A stretch of DNA of 54,002 nt from contig JAJCZW010000103.1 of assembly GCA_029262155.1 (NCBI GenBank), positions 1 to 54,002 of the forward strand, given 5' to 3'. Below the pieces are notes generated by a model. The model was not told where the DNA came from, did not search any database, and saw only the letters and a list, made by a program, of their open reading frames with translations. A program made the position numbers and the translations under genes. Shown here one piece after another: positions 17,886-28,292 of the stretch (positions within the stretch are counted from its first letter, which is position 1; the number at the start of each line of letters is the position of its first letter). This DNA comes from Gemmatimonadota bacterium (GTDB lineage: Bacteria > Gemmatimonadota > Gemmatimonadetes > Gemmatimonadales > GWC2-71-9).

Positions 17886-19913
17886 GTGCACCCCCACCCC
17901 CCCCTCCCCTTCGCCCCGGACGACCCCACGGCCTGGACCGCCATCAACACCCTCAGGGTCCTCGCTATGGACGCCGTCGAACAGGCAGGATGCGGCCACC
18001 CGGGGACTCCGATGGCCCTCGCTCCAGCCGGCACCATCCTCTGGACCCAGGTTCTCCGCCATGACCCCTCCGACCCCGCGTGGCCCGATCGGGATCGATT
18101 CGTCCTCTCATGCGGACACGCGTCGATGCTCCTCTACGGCCTGCTCCACCTGACCGGATACGATCTTTCCCTGAACGACATCCGTGCCTTCCGACAGTGG
18201 GGATCGCGGACGCCAGGCCATCCCGAGCGAGGGCATACCCCTGGAGTCGAGACCACGACAGGGCCACTCGGACAGGGAGTCGGGAACGCCGTCGGGATGG
18301 CGATGGCGGAAGCGCTCCTCGCGGAGCGGTTCAACCGCCCCGGGCACCGGATCGTCAACCATCGGACGTGGGCAATCGCGAGTGATGGAGATTTGATGGA
18401 GGGCGTCGCGTCCGAGTCAGCGTCCCTCGCCGGCCATCTCAAGCTAGGTAAACTGAACCTGATCTATGATGACAACAAGATCACGATCGATGGCCGTACC
18501 GATCTCGCCTTTTCGGAGGATGTCGCCGACCGATTCTCGGCCTACGGTTGGCATGTCAGTCGCGTAGAAGATGGCAACGACCTGCGCGCCATCGCCGCGG
18601 CACTGGACGCCGCCCAACGGGAGGAGTCCCGCCCTTCCCTCATCGTCCTTCAGACTGTCATCGGCGATCCTGCCCCCACGAAGCGAGATACCTCCGCAGC
18701 ACACGGCGCAGCGCTTGGCCAAGAAGAAGTCGCCCGCACCAAGAAGATCTTGGGTTGGCCCGAAGAACCGTTCCACGTGCCGGTTGCAGCACAGGATTTC
18801 ATGCGGCAAGCCAAGGGAAGAGGCCAGAAGGAGCATCACGCGTGGAACACAGAGATGGAATCCTACCGGGCCGCCTACCCCGACCTGGCCGAAGAGTTTG
18901 ACCACGCCACCCACGGCACGAGCCCCACTCACTTTGATCCGCCGCTGCCTCATTTTCAGGCGGGCACCTGGCTGGCCACTCGCCAAGCGTCGGCCAAGAC
19001 CCTGGACAGTGTCTCCCGCAGCATGACAACTCTGGTCGGAGGATCGGCCGACCTTGCAGGCAGCACTGGTACCGTGCTCGACCACGGCGGGGTGTTCGGA
19101 CCCTCAGCTCCAGGCCAGACGGTCCATTGGGGGATCCGTGAACATGGGATGGCAGCATGTTGCAACGGAATCGCAGCCCATGGAGGCCTCCGACCGTACT
19201 GCAGCACATTTTTTGTCTTCGCCGACTATATGAAACCAAGTATTCGCCTGGCCGCCCTCATGGGGTTGCCGGTGATCTACCTCTTCACCCACGACTCAAT
19301 CGGCGTGGGAGAGGACGGTCCAACCCACCAGCCGATCGAACAACTCGTCATGCTGCGAGCTATCCCCAATCTGGTCACCATCCGACCCGCCGATGCGAAC
19401 GAAACCGTCCAGGCATGGGAAGTGGCTCTCGCCCGCACCGATGGTCCGACTGCGCTGATCTTGACCCGGCAGAAGGTGCCGGTTCTTCCCCCACCGGAGG
19501 ATGGCGCGGTTGACCGCGGCGCCTACGTCGTCAGAGATCCCGAAACTGGGCCTCCCCGTGCCATCCTCCTCGGAACCGGATCGGAGGTCACTATCGCCCT
19601 CCAAGCCGCTGAGGACCTCGAACAAACTGGTATTCCTACTCGCGTCGTATCGTTTCCATCGTGGGAACGCTTCGCACAACAACCTGAGTCATATCGCCAG
19701 TCGATCCTTCCAGAGGGCGTCTTTCGCGTTTCGATCGAAGCGGCGAGCACCCTCGGCTGGTCTCGATGGGTCACCGAGCGCGGAGTTGCCCTGGGGCTCG
19801 ATCACTTTGGAGCCTCCGCCCCCGCCGATAGGCTGTATCGCGAGTTTGGCATAACCTCAGATACCATCGTCGCCACTGTGCAACGAGCGATGGGGTCTGG
19901 AGGACCGTCATGA
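17886..19913 (+). CDS. tkt: transketolase
   Basis: [17 protein letters not shown], the TPP motif [12 protein letters not shown], and [15 protein letters not shown] start at 17886. An in-frame CTG at 17853 behind AAGGAG is an alternative start. Confidence 0.95.
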   Translation: MHPHPPLPFAPDDPTAWTAINTLRVLAMDAVEQAGCGHPGTPMALAPAGTILWTQVLRHDPSDPAWPDRDRFVLSCGHASMLLYGLLHLTGYDLSLNDIRAFRQWGSRTPGHPERGHTPGVETTTGPLGQGVGNAVGMAMAEALLAERFNRPGHRIVNHRTWAIASDGDLMEGVASESASLAGHLKLGKLNLIYDDNKITIDGRTDLAFSEDVADRFSAYGWHVSRVEDGNDLRAIAAALDAAQREESRPSLIVLQTVIGDPAPTKRDTSAAHGAALGQEEVARTKKILGWPEEPFHVPVAAQDFMRQAKGRGQKEHHAWNTEMESYRAAYPDLAEEFDHATHGTSPTHFDPPLPHFQAGTWLATRQASAKTLDSVSRSMTTLVGGSADLAGSTGTVLDHGGVFGPSAPGQTVHWGIREHGMAACCNGIAAHGGLRPYCSTFFVFADYMKPSIRLAALMGLPVIYLFTHDSIGVGEDGPTHQPIEQLVMLRAIPNLVTIRPADANETVQAWEVALARTDGPTALILTRQKVPVLPPPEDGAVDRGAYVVRDPETGPPRAILLGTGSEVTIALQAAEDLEQTGIPTRVVSFPSWERFAQQPESYRQSILPEGVFRVSIEAASTLGWSRWVTERGVALGLDHFGASAPADRLYREFGITSDTIVATVQRAMGSGGPS

Positions 19914-21010
19914 ATCCACTGGTCCGGATGGGAGCCCTCGGTCAAAGCCCCTGGTATGACTTCATCACCCGCGACCTAATGTCCTCAGGGACGCTCGACC
20001 GACTGATCGCTGAGGACGGACTGCGCGGCATGACGAGCAACCCTACAATTTTTCAAAAGGCGATCGGGGGGAGCACTTCATACGACGATGATATCCGTCG
20101 ATATGCGGCCGATGGACTGAACGCCAACCACATCGCCGAACACCTCATGGTCCGGGATGTCCAAGTGGCGTGTGACCACTTTCAGGTGGTAGCCGAATCG
20201 TCGGGCGGGCATGACGGCCTCGTCTCGCTTGAAGTCTCCCCCGCCCTCGCTCATGACACCGAAGCCACCGTAGCAGAGGCTCAGCGGCTCTGGTCTGCCC
20301 TCGATCGCCCCAATGCGATGATCAAGATTCCGGGCACGGAGGCAGGACTACCTGCGATTTCGCAGGCAATTTCGATCGGGATGAACGTGAATGTGACCTT
20401 GCTGTTTTCGGTGCAACGTTACCGCGCCGTGCTCGACGCCTTTGAGACCGGCCTGGAGACGCGCCTCGCAGCGGGGAACCCGATCGACCGGATCGCATCG
20501 GTCGCGAGTTTCTTCGTGAGCCGGGTAGACACCAAGGCCGATGGCATTCTCGCGGGTCAGCTTGGCACCGAGCCCCTCCGGGGTACGGCAGCGCTGGCCA
20601 ATGCCGGCGCCGCGTACGGGGCTTACCTCGACGCCGCAAAAGCACCGCGCTGGACCGCGCTGTCCGCACACGGTGCGCGAATGCAGCGCCCGCTCTGGGC
20701 ATCGACCAGCACCAAGAACCCAGCCTATCCTGACACCTACTATGTCGAAGCTCTTCTTGGCGCCGACACCGTGAACACGCTCCCACCAGCCACGTTCGAG
20801 GCCTATCGGGATCACGGCGACCCCGCAATTCGTTTGCCCGATACCTGTCACGCATCGGGTGAACGGCTGGCCGCCTTGGCCGGCAGAGGGATCGACCTGG
20901 AAGCGATCGCACAGGAGTTGGAGACCGAAGGGGTCGCGAGCTTCGCGGCCTCGTTCGTAGCGCTCCTCGCGGAAGTTGAGTCGAAGGCGGGGGTCTTGAC
21001 CCGCCAATGA
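19910..21010 (+). CDS. tal: transaldolase (long form)
   Basis: [13 protein letters not shown] and the Schiff-base Lys context [10 protein letters not shown]. An ATGA overlap with the tkt stop. Confidence 0.9.
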   Translation: MNPLVRMGALGQSPWYDFITRDLMSSGTLDRLIAEDGLRGMTSNPTIFQKAIGGSTSYDDDIRRYAADGLNANHIAEHLMVRDVQVACDHFQVVAESSGGHDGLVSLEVSPALAHDTEATVAEAQRLWSALDRPNAMIKIPGTEAGLPAISQAISIGMNVNVTLLFSVQRYRAVLDAFETGLETRLAAGNPIDRIASVASFFVSRVDTKADGILAGQLGTEPLRGTAALANAGAAYGAYLDAAKAPRWTALSAHGARMQRPLWASTSTKNPAYPDTYYVEALLGADTVNTLPPATFEAYRDHGDPAIRLPDTCHASGERLAALAGRGIDLEAIAQELETEGVASFAASFVALLAEVESKAGVLTRQ

Positions 21011-21087
21011 AGGCCCCGTAGCGTCAGCAGCACTCTCGGTGAAGATCCTGCGTCGACCGAGCACTCCGTTTCTCACCAATCGGGACT

Positions 21088-22422
21088 GTGCCCATGCCTT
21101 GGTATCGGAAGTTGCATTGGCAGATCATTATCGGCCTCACCCTCGGCCTGATCTACGGAGTAATCGCCGCAAGTCAAGGTTGGGGACAGTTCACCACCGA
21201 TTGGATCGCCCCCTGGGGCACGATCTTTGTGAACGCACTGAAGCTGATCGCGGTCCCACTCGTCCTCGCGTCGCTGGTCACCGGGGTGGCGAGCCTGAGC
21301 GATCTCCGCAAGCTCTCGCGGATAGGTGGAAAAACCATCGCCATCTACATCGGGACCACCGCCGTCGCTGTCACCATCGGTCTTCTGGTCGTCAACATCA
21401 TGAAGCCCGGCCATCGCGTCCCTCAAGAGATGCGGGCCCAACTGCAGGAAACCTATGCCACGCGAGCCGCGTCAGGTGCCGCCGCAGCCAGAGAGACACA
21501 GGAGCGCGGGCCGCTCCAGATGATTGTCGACATTGTTCCAGACAACGCGACGACGTCTTTCGGCGATAACCGGAAGATGCTGCAGGTCGTCTTCATCGCG
21601 CTCTTCATCGGAATAGGCCTGATCCAGCTCCCGGCGGATAAGGGGAAGCCGATGCTGGAGGTGTTCAGCAGCCTGAATGACATTGTCATTCGCTTAGTGG
21701 ACCTCATCATGCTCGCCGCTCCGGTGGGCGTATTCGCTTTGATTGCGGGGACGATCACGTCTGTGGCGGGAGACGATCTGGGACAGATCCTTGAGCTGAT
21801 CGGTGCCCTCGGGTTCTATTCGCTGGCGGTGGTGTTTGGGTTGATGATCCAAATGTTCGTCACGTACCCGCTGCTCCTCCGGAGCATGTCTCCGATGAAC
21901 CCCTTAACCTTTTTCAAGGGCATCTTCCCGGCGCAGCTCCTCGCGTTCAGCTCGAGTTCAAGTGCCGCCACCTTGCCTGTGACGATGGAACGATGTGAGG
22001 AGAAGTTGGGTGTGCATGAAGAAATTACGAGTTTTGTATTGCCCCTGGGTGCCACGATCAATATGGATGGCACCGGACTCTATCAGGGTGTAGCCGCAGT
22101 CTTTATCGCGCAGGCCCTGGGGATGTCTCTCGGTATCGGGGCCCAGATCACTATCATCCTGACGGCGGTCCTGGCGTCGATTGGGACCGCGGCGGTCCCC
22201 GGCGCCGGCATTATCATGCTGGTCATTATCCTGGAAGCGATTCACGTTCCCACGGAAGGAATCGCCTTGATCCTTGGTGTGGATCGTATCCTTGACATGC
22301 TCCGAACCGCGACCAACGTCACCGGCGACGCAACCGTCGCAACCGTCGTGGCCGCATCGGAGGGACTCCTCGGCACTCCCAACTTGGATGAGTCGGCCGA
22401 TCAGATCCGCACTCACCGGTAG
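21088..22422 (+). CDS. dicarboxylate/amino acid:cation symporter (DAACS, GltP-like)
   Basis: Multi-TM protein with the family motifs SSSSSAATLPVTMERC and ATINMDGTGLYQG. Confidence 0.9.
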   Translation: MPMPWYRKLHWQIIIGLTLGLIYGVIAASQGWGQFTTDWIAPWGTIFVNALKLIAVPLVLASLVTGVASLSDLRKLSRIGGKTIAIYIGTTAVAVTIGLLVVNIMKPGHRVPQEMRAQLQETYATRAASGAAAARETQERGPLQMIVDIVPDNATTSFGDNRKMLQVVFIALFIGIGLIQLPADKGKPMLEVFSSLNDIVIRLVDLIMLAAPVGVFALIAGTITSVAGDDLGQILELIGALGFYSLAVVFGLMIQMFVTYPLLLRSMSPMNPLTFFKGIFPAQLLAFSSSSSAATLPVTMERCEEKLGVHEEITSFVLPLGATINMDGTGLYQGVAAVFIAQALGMSLGIGAQITIILTAVLASIGTAAVPGAGIIMLVIILEAIHVPTEGIALILGVDRILDMLRTATNVTGDATVATVVAASEGLLGTPNLDESADQIRTHR

Positions 22423-22444
22423 CCTCCCGGCGAGTGCCTCCTGC

Positions 22445-23263
22445 CTAGACGTCCCGAAAGGCAACCCGTTTCACCGCGATGGCAATGGTGAGGAGCAGCC
22501 CAAACGCCACCACGATCAACGGACCAGTCGGGAGGTCATAGTGGAACGAGGCGAGGAGCCCTCCGGCCGATGCCAAGAGCCCGCTAAGCCAGGACAAGAG
22601 GGCGAGGGTTCGTTGATTGGTGGAGAATTGGAACGCGATGGCGGCGGGCACCACCAAGAATGAGAACACGAGCAGCACCCCGGCAATCGGAACGCTGAAC
22701 GTGATCACAACTCCAAAGGATAGATAAAAGAGAAAGTCCCACCACCGAATCTTCCATCCGTTGGCCAGGGCTGTTTCGGGGGCGAAGGAAATCGTCAGAA
22801 ACCGGCGTCGTAGAATGACGTGAAAGGCCCCAATGACGAGGTAGATCAGAGCTAGTCGCCCGATAGTAGGCCACGTCACCCAGAGAATACTCCCTACCAG
22901 GATGTCCTTGATCGCCTCCCCACCGCGCGGTGCCTGATCGGCGACCAATATCGCCAACGCCGAGGAGACGACGTAGACAATCCCAATAATGGCTTCCTGA
23001 GGAACCCGACCGTGCTCCGAGGTCCGGCTCAGAGCAAAGAGAGCGGCACCCAACGTGGTAAACCCAAGGGCATACGCGAACGAAGCGGTTGAGCCCGGTT
23101 CTGACCCGGCAAGAATGGCCACGGTTGAGCCGAGCGCAGCCATCTGTGCCAAGGAGAGATCCACGAAAATCACTTCGCGGGCGATGACGTGCAAGCCAAG
23201 ATAGGAGTGAATCGCGACGATCACCAAGCAGGCAACGAGCGGCGGCAGCATCAATTCAAGCAT
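22445..23263 (-). CDS. metal ABC transporter permease (ABC-3, ZnuB/MntB-like)
   Basis: 272 aa polytopic membrane protein with typical ABC-3 length and pattern. Lies directly downstream of the ZnuA-like binding protein gene. Confidence 0.85.
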   Translation of the reverse strand: MLELMLPPLVACLVIVAIHSYLGLHVIAREVIFVDLSLAQMAALGSTVAILAGSEPGSTASFAYALGFTTLGAALFALSRTSEHGRVPQEAIIGIVYVVSSALAILVADQAPRGGEAIKDILVGSILWVTWPTIGRLALIYLVIGAFHVILRRRFLTISFAPETALANGWKIRWWDFLFYLSFGVVITFSVPIAGVLLVFSFLVVPAAIAFQFSTNQRTLALLSWLSGLLASAGGLLASFHYDLPTGPLIVVAFGLLLTIAIAVKRVAFRDV

Positions 23264-23272
23264 CGACGGATC

Positions 23273-24298
23273 CTAGCGGTAGACAGCGGTGAGAGCTTGC
23301 AACCAGGCATCCACAAGATCGAAGTAGGTTTCAATCCCAGGCGCACCATGGGTGTTTTCCGGTACGATCACCGCTGTCGCACCGGTCCGCGACGCGACCT
23401 GTTCGATCTGGGATCGGCTAAAATAATTTGAGGCAAAGAGTCCGGGGATCTGTTGCTCACGCATGAGGGCAATCACATCTCGAACGTGACCTGGTGTGGG
23501 CGGAATACCAGGTTTTGCTTCGATATAGGCAATGCACCCGATCTGGAATCGCCGCGTAAAGTAGGCCCATTCCTTATGGTAGCACGCCATCTGCTTTCCC
23601 TTGAGTGGGGCGGCCTGTGCGAGCCAACCCCCGATACGCGCACTGAGGGGAGCGCCCTGATATGGGGTGCGGGCGAGAAAGGCTTCGAGCTGCCCACTCT
23701 GCAGGAGGGAGACGGCGGTTGCCGGCGTCAGGATAGTGATGAGAGCCTTCCCTAACAATGCATTGAGGACTCGCAGTTCAAAATCCCGCTGACGGACCGC
23801 AAAGTAATCTCCGTTTTCGGGAGAGACCCTGCGCAAACCGACGAGAATATTGCGGGAGATGATAATCGCGTTGAGAGGGTCGGTGTGGATGTGAGGATTC
23901 CCCGAGACATGGATGTCACCCGCGGATCGGTTCACCGAAACAGGGACCTCCATGAGGTTGATACCGGTGTAGGCTGTCACATACCCGGGCCCTCCTTCGG
24001 AGACTTTCCGGTTGTTCGCCCGATCGAGGAGTGAGGGAACCCACAACTCCAGGTCCAACCCCGTCGTCACGAAGACATCGGCCTTACGGAGCAGACCGAC
24101 GAAACTCGGCTTGGGCTGAACGAAATGCGGATCCTCATCGCCTTGGGCAATAGACTCGACTTCGCCTCGATCTCCCACCAGCTCACGTGCAATTGCCGCA
24201 TAGGTCGTCAGGCTCGCAACCACCCGCACCGGATCGGCCTGTGGCGGGAGCGCGGGCGGGGCGGCAAGGAGAACAGCAAGGAAAGAGAGCATCGGCAT
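23273..24298 (-). CDS. metal ABC transporter substrate-binding protein (ZnuA/TroA-like)
   Basis: Signal peptide. Cluster-A-I motifs GDEDPHFVQPKP, GNPHIHTDP and YHKEWAYFTRRF. Confidence 0.85.
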   Translation of the reverse strand: MPMLSFLAVLLAAPPALPPQADPVRVVASLTTYAAIARELVGDRGEVESIAQGDEDPHFVQPKPSFVGLLRKADVFVTTGLDLELWVPSLLDRANNRKVSEGGPGYVTAYTGINLMEVPVSVNRSAGDIHVSGNPHIHTDPLNAIIISRNILVGLRRVSPENGDYFAVRQRDFELRVLNALLGKALITILTPATAVSLLQSGQLEAFLARTPYQGAPLSARIGGWLAQAAPLKGKQMACYHKEWAYFTRRFQIGCIAYIEAKPGIPPTPGHVRDVIALMREQQIPGLFASNYFSRSQIEQVASRTGATAVIVPENTHGAPGIETYFDLVDAWLQALTAVYR

Positions 24299-24328
24299 GA
24301 TCGATATCCTTTGTGAGAGGCGGGCGCC

Positions 24329-25711
24329 TCAATAAGTCTCGTGTTTATGGGGGCCCATCGCCCACACAACCTGGAAGCTGAGTTGACGACTGGTGGTCCA
24401 GTTGCTCCCGACACCCTGACGCTGCAGGGCTCCCTCCAACCGGAGGTAGACAAACTCGCTCTGCCACCACGTCAAGGTTGGGGTGACGGCCCATTCACGC
24501 GAGAAGGCGCCGCGCGGAGCTTCGACATTGTCATATCTGCCGCCGAGGACCCATCGACGACTGGCCTTGTATTGGAGATCCACAAACCCACCATACCGAG
24601 TCGTGGCCACGTCATCCTCATGGGCCCGGAGTCGATACCCCTCGGCCCTGATGGTCAGATCCTGGCGGGTTCCGGTATTCGGCGGTCGCCAGGTCAGTCG
24701 GAAATCGACGCCTTGCAAGCGACTGCGAAGTCGCGCGTCGGCGGCGTTCCCACCTGCTGCGGTGAACCCAGCCTGAACGTAGGTGCTCCGGGTCAATTGC
24801 CAGAAATTCTGTACCCGTCCCAACAGCGTGGGCTGTCGACTCCCAGCATAAAGAGGTTCGCTCTCGGCGGCGGTCGCCTGGACCCAAGCCTCATGGGTTC
24901 CGCCAAAGAGGGAGACTGGTAGCACGGTGTAGATCGACAACCCCGGCCCAGACAACCCTTCTTCCCCGAGGAACCGTCGATACACGAGAGGGTACTCCGT
25001 CTCGGGAAGGGCATGGAGATGCCAGCGGTTGAGGTCGCCGACGACCTGCCGGAACAAGCCGGCGTCAACTCGCAGTCCTCCAGGCAACCCGGTGTAGTAG
25101 ATGTATCCCTCTTCAACGCCAACCTCTTCTCCCTCAAAGGTGAGGAAGATCTTGGTGCGTGAGTAAGGATCGAGATCGGATTGGAAGGCGAATTCAAATT
25201 CGCGGGCAACGGCATTGTCGACCGGTGGGCTTTGATTCCGGGCCACAAACCGCACGTCGCCCGTAGCACTAATCTCCGGGTTGAGCTTGTTCAAATTGCG
25301 CTGGCGACCCACAAACTGAGTGTCGACCGCGGCGGGCACCCCCTCATTCCCGGCGCCGGCCGCGGCAGCCGCTGCTTGCCGAATCGCGGCAAGTTCATCC
25401 ATCGCACTATCAGGTGTCGCTTGGGCAACCAGACCAACCCCGCTGCACCGTGCAATGGAGAGCCGTTGCAATCGATCCGCGACACGTCCGAGGGCGCTGA
25501 GCGCCGAATCAAGGACTGGGTTACCGGTCAGGGCCGATGGGATTGGAGGGAGGGACACGCCACACTGGCCGGCCGCAACAGAATCCAACCGCGCACCGAG
25601 CTGGGCGACGGCGATACGAATAGAATCAACCACCGGCTGTTGTGCCGGGGCGACCGACGCGCTCCACGGGACCAGAACGACTCCCACAACTATCCACGGG
25701 GCAATACGCAC
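24329..25711 (-). CDS. putative outer-membrane beta-barrel (porin-like) protein
   Basis: Signal peptide MRIAPWIVVGVVLVPWSASVAPAQQ, an alpha-rich region of about 130 aa, then alternating amphipathic strands ending with an aromatic residue. GTG start is preceded by GGAGG. Confidence 0.6.
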   Translation of the reverse strand: MRIAPWIVVGVVLVPWSASVAPAQQPVVDSIRIAVAQLGARLDSVAAGQCGVSLPPIPSALTGNPVLDSALSALGRVADRLQRLSIARCSGVGLVAQATPDSAMDELAAIRQAAAAAAGAGNEGVPAAVDTQFVGRQRNLNKLNPEISATGDVRFVARNQSPPVDNAVAREFEFAFQSDLDPYSRTKIFLTFEGEEVGVEEGYIYYTGLPGGLRVDAGLFRQVVGDLNRWHLHALPETEYPLVYRRFLGEEGLSGPGLSIYTVLPVSLFGGTHEAWVQATAAESEPLYAGSRQPTLLGRVQNFWQLTRSTYVQAGFTAAGGNAADARLRSRLQGVDFRLTWRPPNTGTRQDLTIRAEGYRLRAHEDDVATTRYGGFVDLQYKASRRWVLGGRYDNVEAPRGAFSREWAVTPTLTWWQSEFVYLRLEGALQRQGVGSNWTTSRQLSFQVVWAMGPHKHETY

Positions 25712-25783
25712 AGATCCAACCTCCTTCCAAGAAACACCAACCCGCCAGGGTTATCCCGGCGGAGAGTTACCGTGACGTTGGGT

Positions 25784-26128
25784 TCAGAGCGGAGGAGACC
25801 GGGGGAGAGGGCTCCCGATAGTGTGACGGTTGTCGAGAATCCCGGAAGGATGGAAGGAAGCGAGTGGAGCGTCCGGGTAGGACCACCCGGTCGTCACGAT
25901 GGCCTCAGATACAATCGGGGTGCCGGTACCGCCTGCAGCAATCGTACATCGTTCGGCGTGGCACCCCTGGCCATCGGCGGATTCCACATGAGTGCGGCTC
26001 AACGCATCGTTCGCACCAGGCAAGCCGTGGTAATAGGCCTCGACCGCAGCAAGGCCAAGCCCACCTCCCAGGTAGATCGAAAGGAGGAGGGCAGCAGCCC
26101 CTGCACGAATCGGCCAACGACGCATCAT
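25784..26128 (-). CDS. hypothetical membrane-anchored His/Cys-containing protein
   Basis: 114 aa with an N-terminal TM segment (AGAAALLLSIYLGGGLGLAAV). First ORF of the same-strand metal-uptake cluster. No family recognised. Confidence 0.35.
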   Translation of the reverse strand: MMRRWPIRAGAAALLLSIYLGGGLGLAAVEAYYHGLPGANDALSRTHVESADGQGCHAERCTIAAGGTGTPIVSEAIVTTGWSYPDAPLASFHPSGILDNRHTIGSPLPRSPPL

Positions 26129-26295
26129 GGCTCAAAAGGTAGGGGACAGAAGGCACCCACAGCAACATTTCGTCCGGCACACATCAGGTACTCCGATCCT
26201 GAACCCCCGGAACCGCGGATCCTCGGCGCGACTTGGGAAGGGATCGGAGTTGGGAACCTGAGACGGTAGCCGATCCAGGCGGGGGCCTCCCAACC

Positions 26296-27072
26296 TTAAG
26301 GACGTGGGTCTCCCGGACGTTGTCCTTGGCGGGTCCAAATCATGATCACGCCGCAGCGGGAGCCGGCTCCCCCCAGTTCGGCGGGCACCTGGCTGCTGCC
26401 GGAGTAGACCTCCACGCCCTCAATGTCCCCAGGTCTCGTCAGGTACACCACAGAAGGATCGGTGGCCGGAATGCCGTCCAACCAGTACGCCGGGCTACAC
26501 CCGGTCGATCGATTGAGACTTACCTGGCAGGCATTCGTCGACGTGCGGCAACGGATGCGTATGCCCGGAATCATCCGGAGAAGATCTGGAAGGGATGCCG
26601 GATTCCGCCGTACTATATCGGCCCGCGAAATGTACCGCCCGAGCCCTTCCTGGCGACGGCGTTCGAAATCAACTCGGGGCGACCGACCTTTCCCAACCGA
26701 TTCAACGACCTCAAGTTCCGGTAGGACTGGTCCCGGCGGAGCACCCACCACAAACTCCATCGAAAACCGATCGCGCGATCCCAGAAGCACCGGAGCGATC
26801 TGCGATGTCAGCCCCTCGGCCTCGACTTGCACGCGGTAGTTCCCCTCGGGGAGCTTATCAAACAAGAATGTGCCGTCGGCCTTGGTCGTCGACTTGGTGG
26901 TAGTGCCAAGCAACCGCACAATCGCGCCGGCAAGCGGCTGCCGGTTGGTGGCCGACAGAACCACACCACTGATTCGTGCCTTTCCCTTTGCCTGAGCCTG
27001 TAGGCTCGTGGTTCCGGAAGCAAGACAGCTGATCCCGAACCCGACCAAAAGAAACAACTGTTTTGGAGCCAT
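26296..27072 (-). CDS. CarboxypepD_reg-like domain plus TonB-receptor plug-like domain protein (no barrel)
   Basis: Start trimmed to ATG 27070-27072, giving signal peptide MAPKQLFLLVGFGISCLASGTTSLQAQA. The track ORF (to 27330) runs through the tRNA-Cys gene. Motifs: ISGVVLSATNRQPLAGAIVRLLG...DGTFLFDKLPEGNYRV, then LPDLLRMIPGIRI...WLDGIP...DIEGVEVYSG...GVIMIWTR. Confidence 0.7.
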   Translation of the reverse strand: MAPKQLFLLVGFGISCLASGTTSLQAQAKGKARISGVVLSATNRQPLAGAIVRLLGTTTKSTTKADGTFLFDKLPEGNYRVQVEAEGLTSQIAPVLLGSRDRFSMEFVVGAPPGPVLPELEVVESVGKGRSPRVDFERRRQEGLGRYISRADIVRRNPASLPDLLRMIPGIRIRCRTSTNACQVSLNRSTGCSPAYWLDGIPATDPSVVYLTRPGDIEGVEVYSGSSQVPAELGGAGSRCGVIMIWTRQGQRPGDPRP

Positions 27073-27212
27073 TCTTCCCCCCGGAGACGGCCCGCCCATT
27101 CTCCCTACGAGGCGATGGGAGGCCATGATGGAGACGTCGGAGTGACGAAGGGGTTGCACCAATCGCTGCTTCTGGCGTGCTTGTCGTCCAATCATCAGTG
27201 GGAAGCACTGAG

Positions 27213-27284
<72 letters not shown>

Positions 27285-27366
27285 CAGGCGGTAGAAACTG
27301 CAACGTCGACAAGGGGTTCCGCAAGCCCATAGCGAGCTGTTTGCACCCGCCATTAGGTTTAGCGTC

Positions 27367-28275
27367 ATGACCGCAATCCGCCTCATCGGAGTCCCACTCG
27401 ACCTGGGTGCGAGCCGCCGCGGTGTCGATATGGGCCCCTCAGCCCTTCGGATCGCTCGCCTCGCCACGCGACTTCGGGCACTCGGCCATTCCGTTGAGGA
27501 TATCGGCAACCTCCCCGTGCCCGAACGGGATTCGCTTCTGCAGGACGGACCCTACGTCGACCACCTCCCTGTCATCGCGGAGGTCTGTACTACGCTTGCG
27601 GCAGCAACCGCCACCGCCATTCGCGACACCACCGCCCCACTCGTGCTGGGAGGAGACCACTCGTTGAGTGCCGGTTCAGTCGCGGGAGTGGCGGCCGCCC
27701 TGGCGGAGCGGGGAGAGCGAGTCGGTCTTCTCTGGTTGGATGCACATGGCGACCTCCACACCCCGAGCAGCACGACGAGCGGCAACGTCCACGGGATGCC
27801 CGTGGCCCACCTGCTGGGACATGGGGACCCTCGGATGGCTGGAATCGCAGGCCAAATCCCAGCGGTCCTCCCAGAGCATACCGCCCTGGTCGGAGTACGA
27901 GATCTTGACGAGGCCGAACGACAACATGCCCTGGAGTTCGGTGCGCATGTCTTCACCATGCGGGACATTGATGAGCGAGGACTTCGGACGGTCATGAGCG
28001 AGGCCCTCGCGATCGTGACGGAGGGCACGGCGGGAGTCCACGTGTCATGCGATGTCGACTGGATCGACCCTGCCGAGGCGCCAGGGGTTGGGACGCCGGT
28101 TCGGGGTGGGGCCACCTATCGGGAAGGACACCTCGCGATGGAGATCGTCGCGGACACCAAGCGGTTGATCTCCATGGATATCGTCGAGATCAACCCGGTC
28201 CTCGACACCCACAACCGCACAGCCGAATTAGCAGTCGGACTTGCGACCAGTGCGTTTGGCCGTCGGATCATCTAG
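27367..28275 (+). CDS. rocF: arginase
   Basis: Collinear with Bacillus RocF: IGVPLDLGASRRGVDMGPSALR, GGDHSLSAG, WLDAHGDLHTP, GNVHGMPVAHLLG, SCDVDWIDPAEAPGVGTP. Confidence 0.9.
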   Translation: MTAIRLIGVPLDLGASRRGVDMGPSALRIARLATRLRALGHSVEDIGNLPVPERDSLLQDGPYVDHLPVIAEVCTTLAAATATAIRDTTAPLVLGGDHSLSAGSVAGVAAALAERGERVGLLWLDAHGDLHTPSSTTSGNVHGMPVAHLLGHGDPRMAGIAGQIPAVLPEHTALVGVRDLDEAERQHALEFGAHVFTMRDIDERGLRTVMSEALAIVTEGTAGVHVSCDVDWIDPAEAPGVGTPVRGGATYREGHLAMEIVADTKRLISMDIVEINPVLDTHNRTAELAVGLATSAFGRRII

Positions 28276-28292
28276 CCGATCAACCCCTCGCG

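Noticed and set aside
25181-26269. 362-aa plus-strand ORF
   Set aside because: It is an Arg/Gly/Pro-rich antisense shadow spanning the start of the beta-barrel gene and the 114-aa ORF, with no domain signature.
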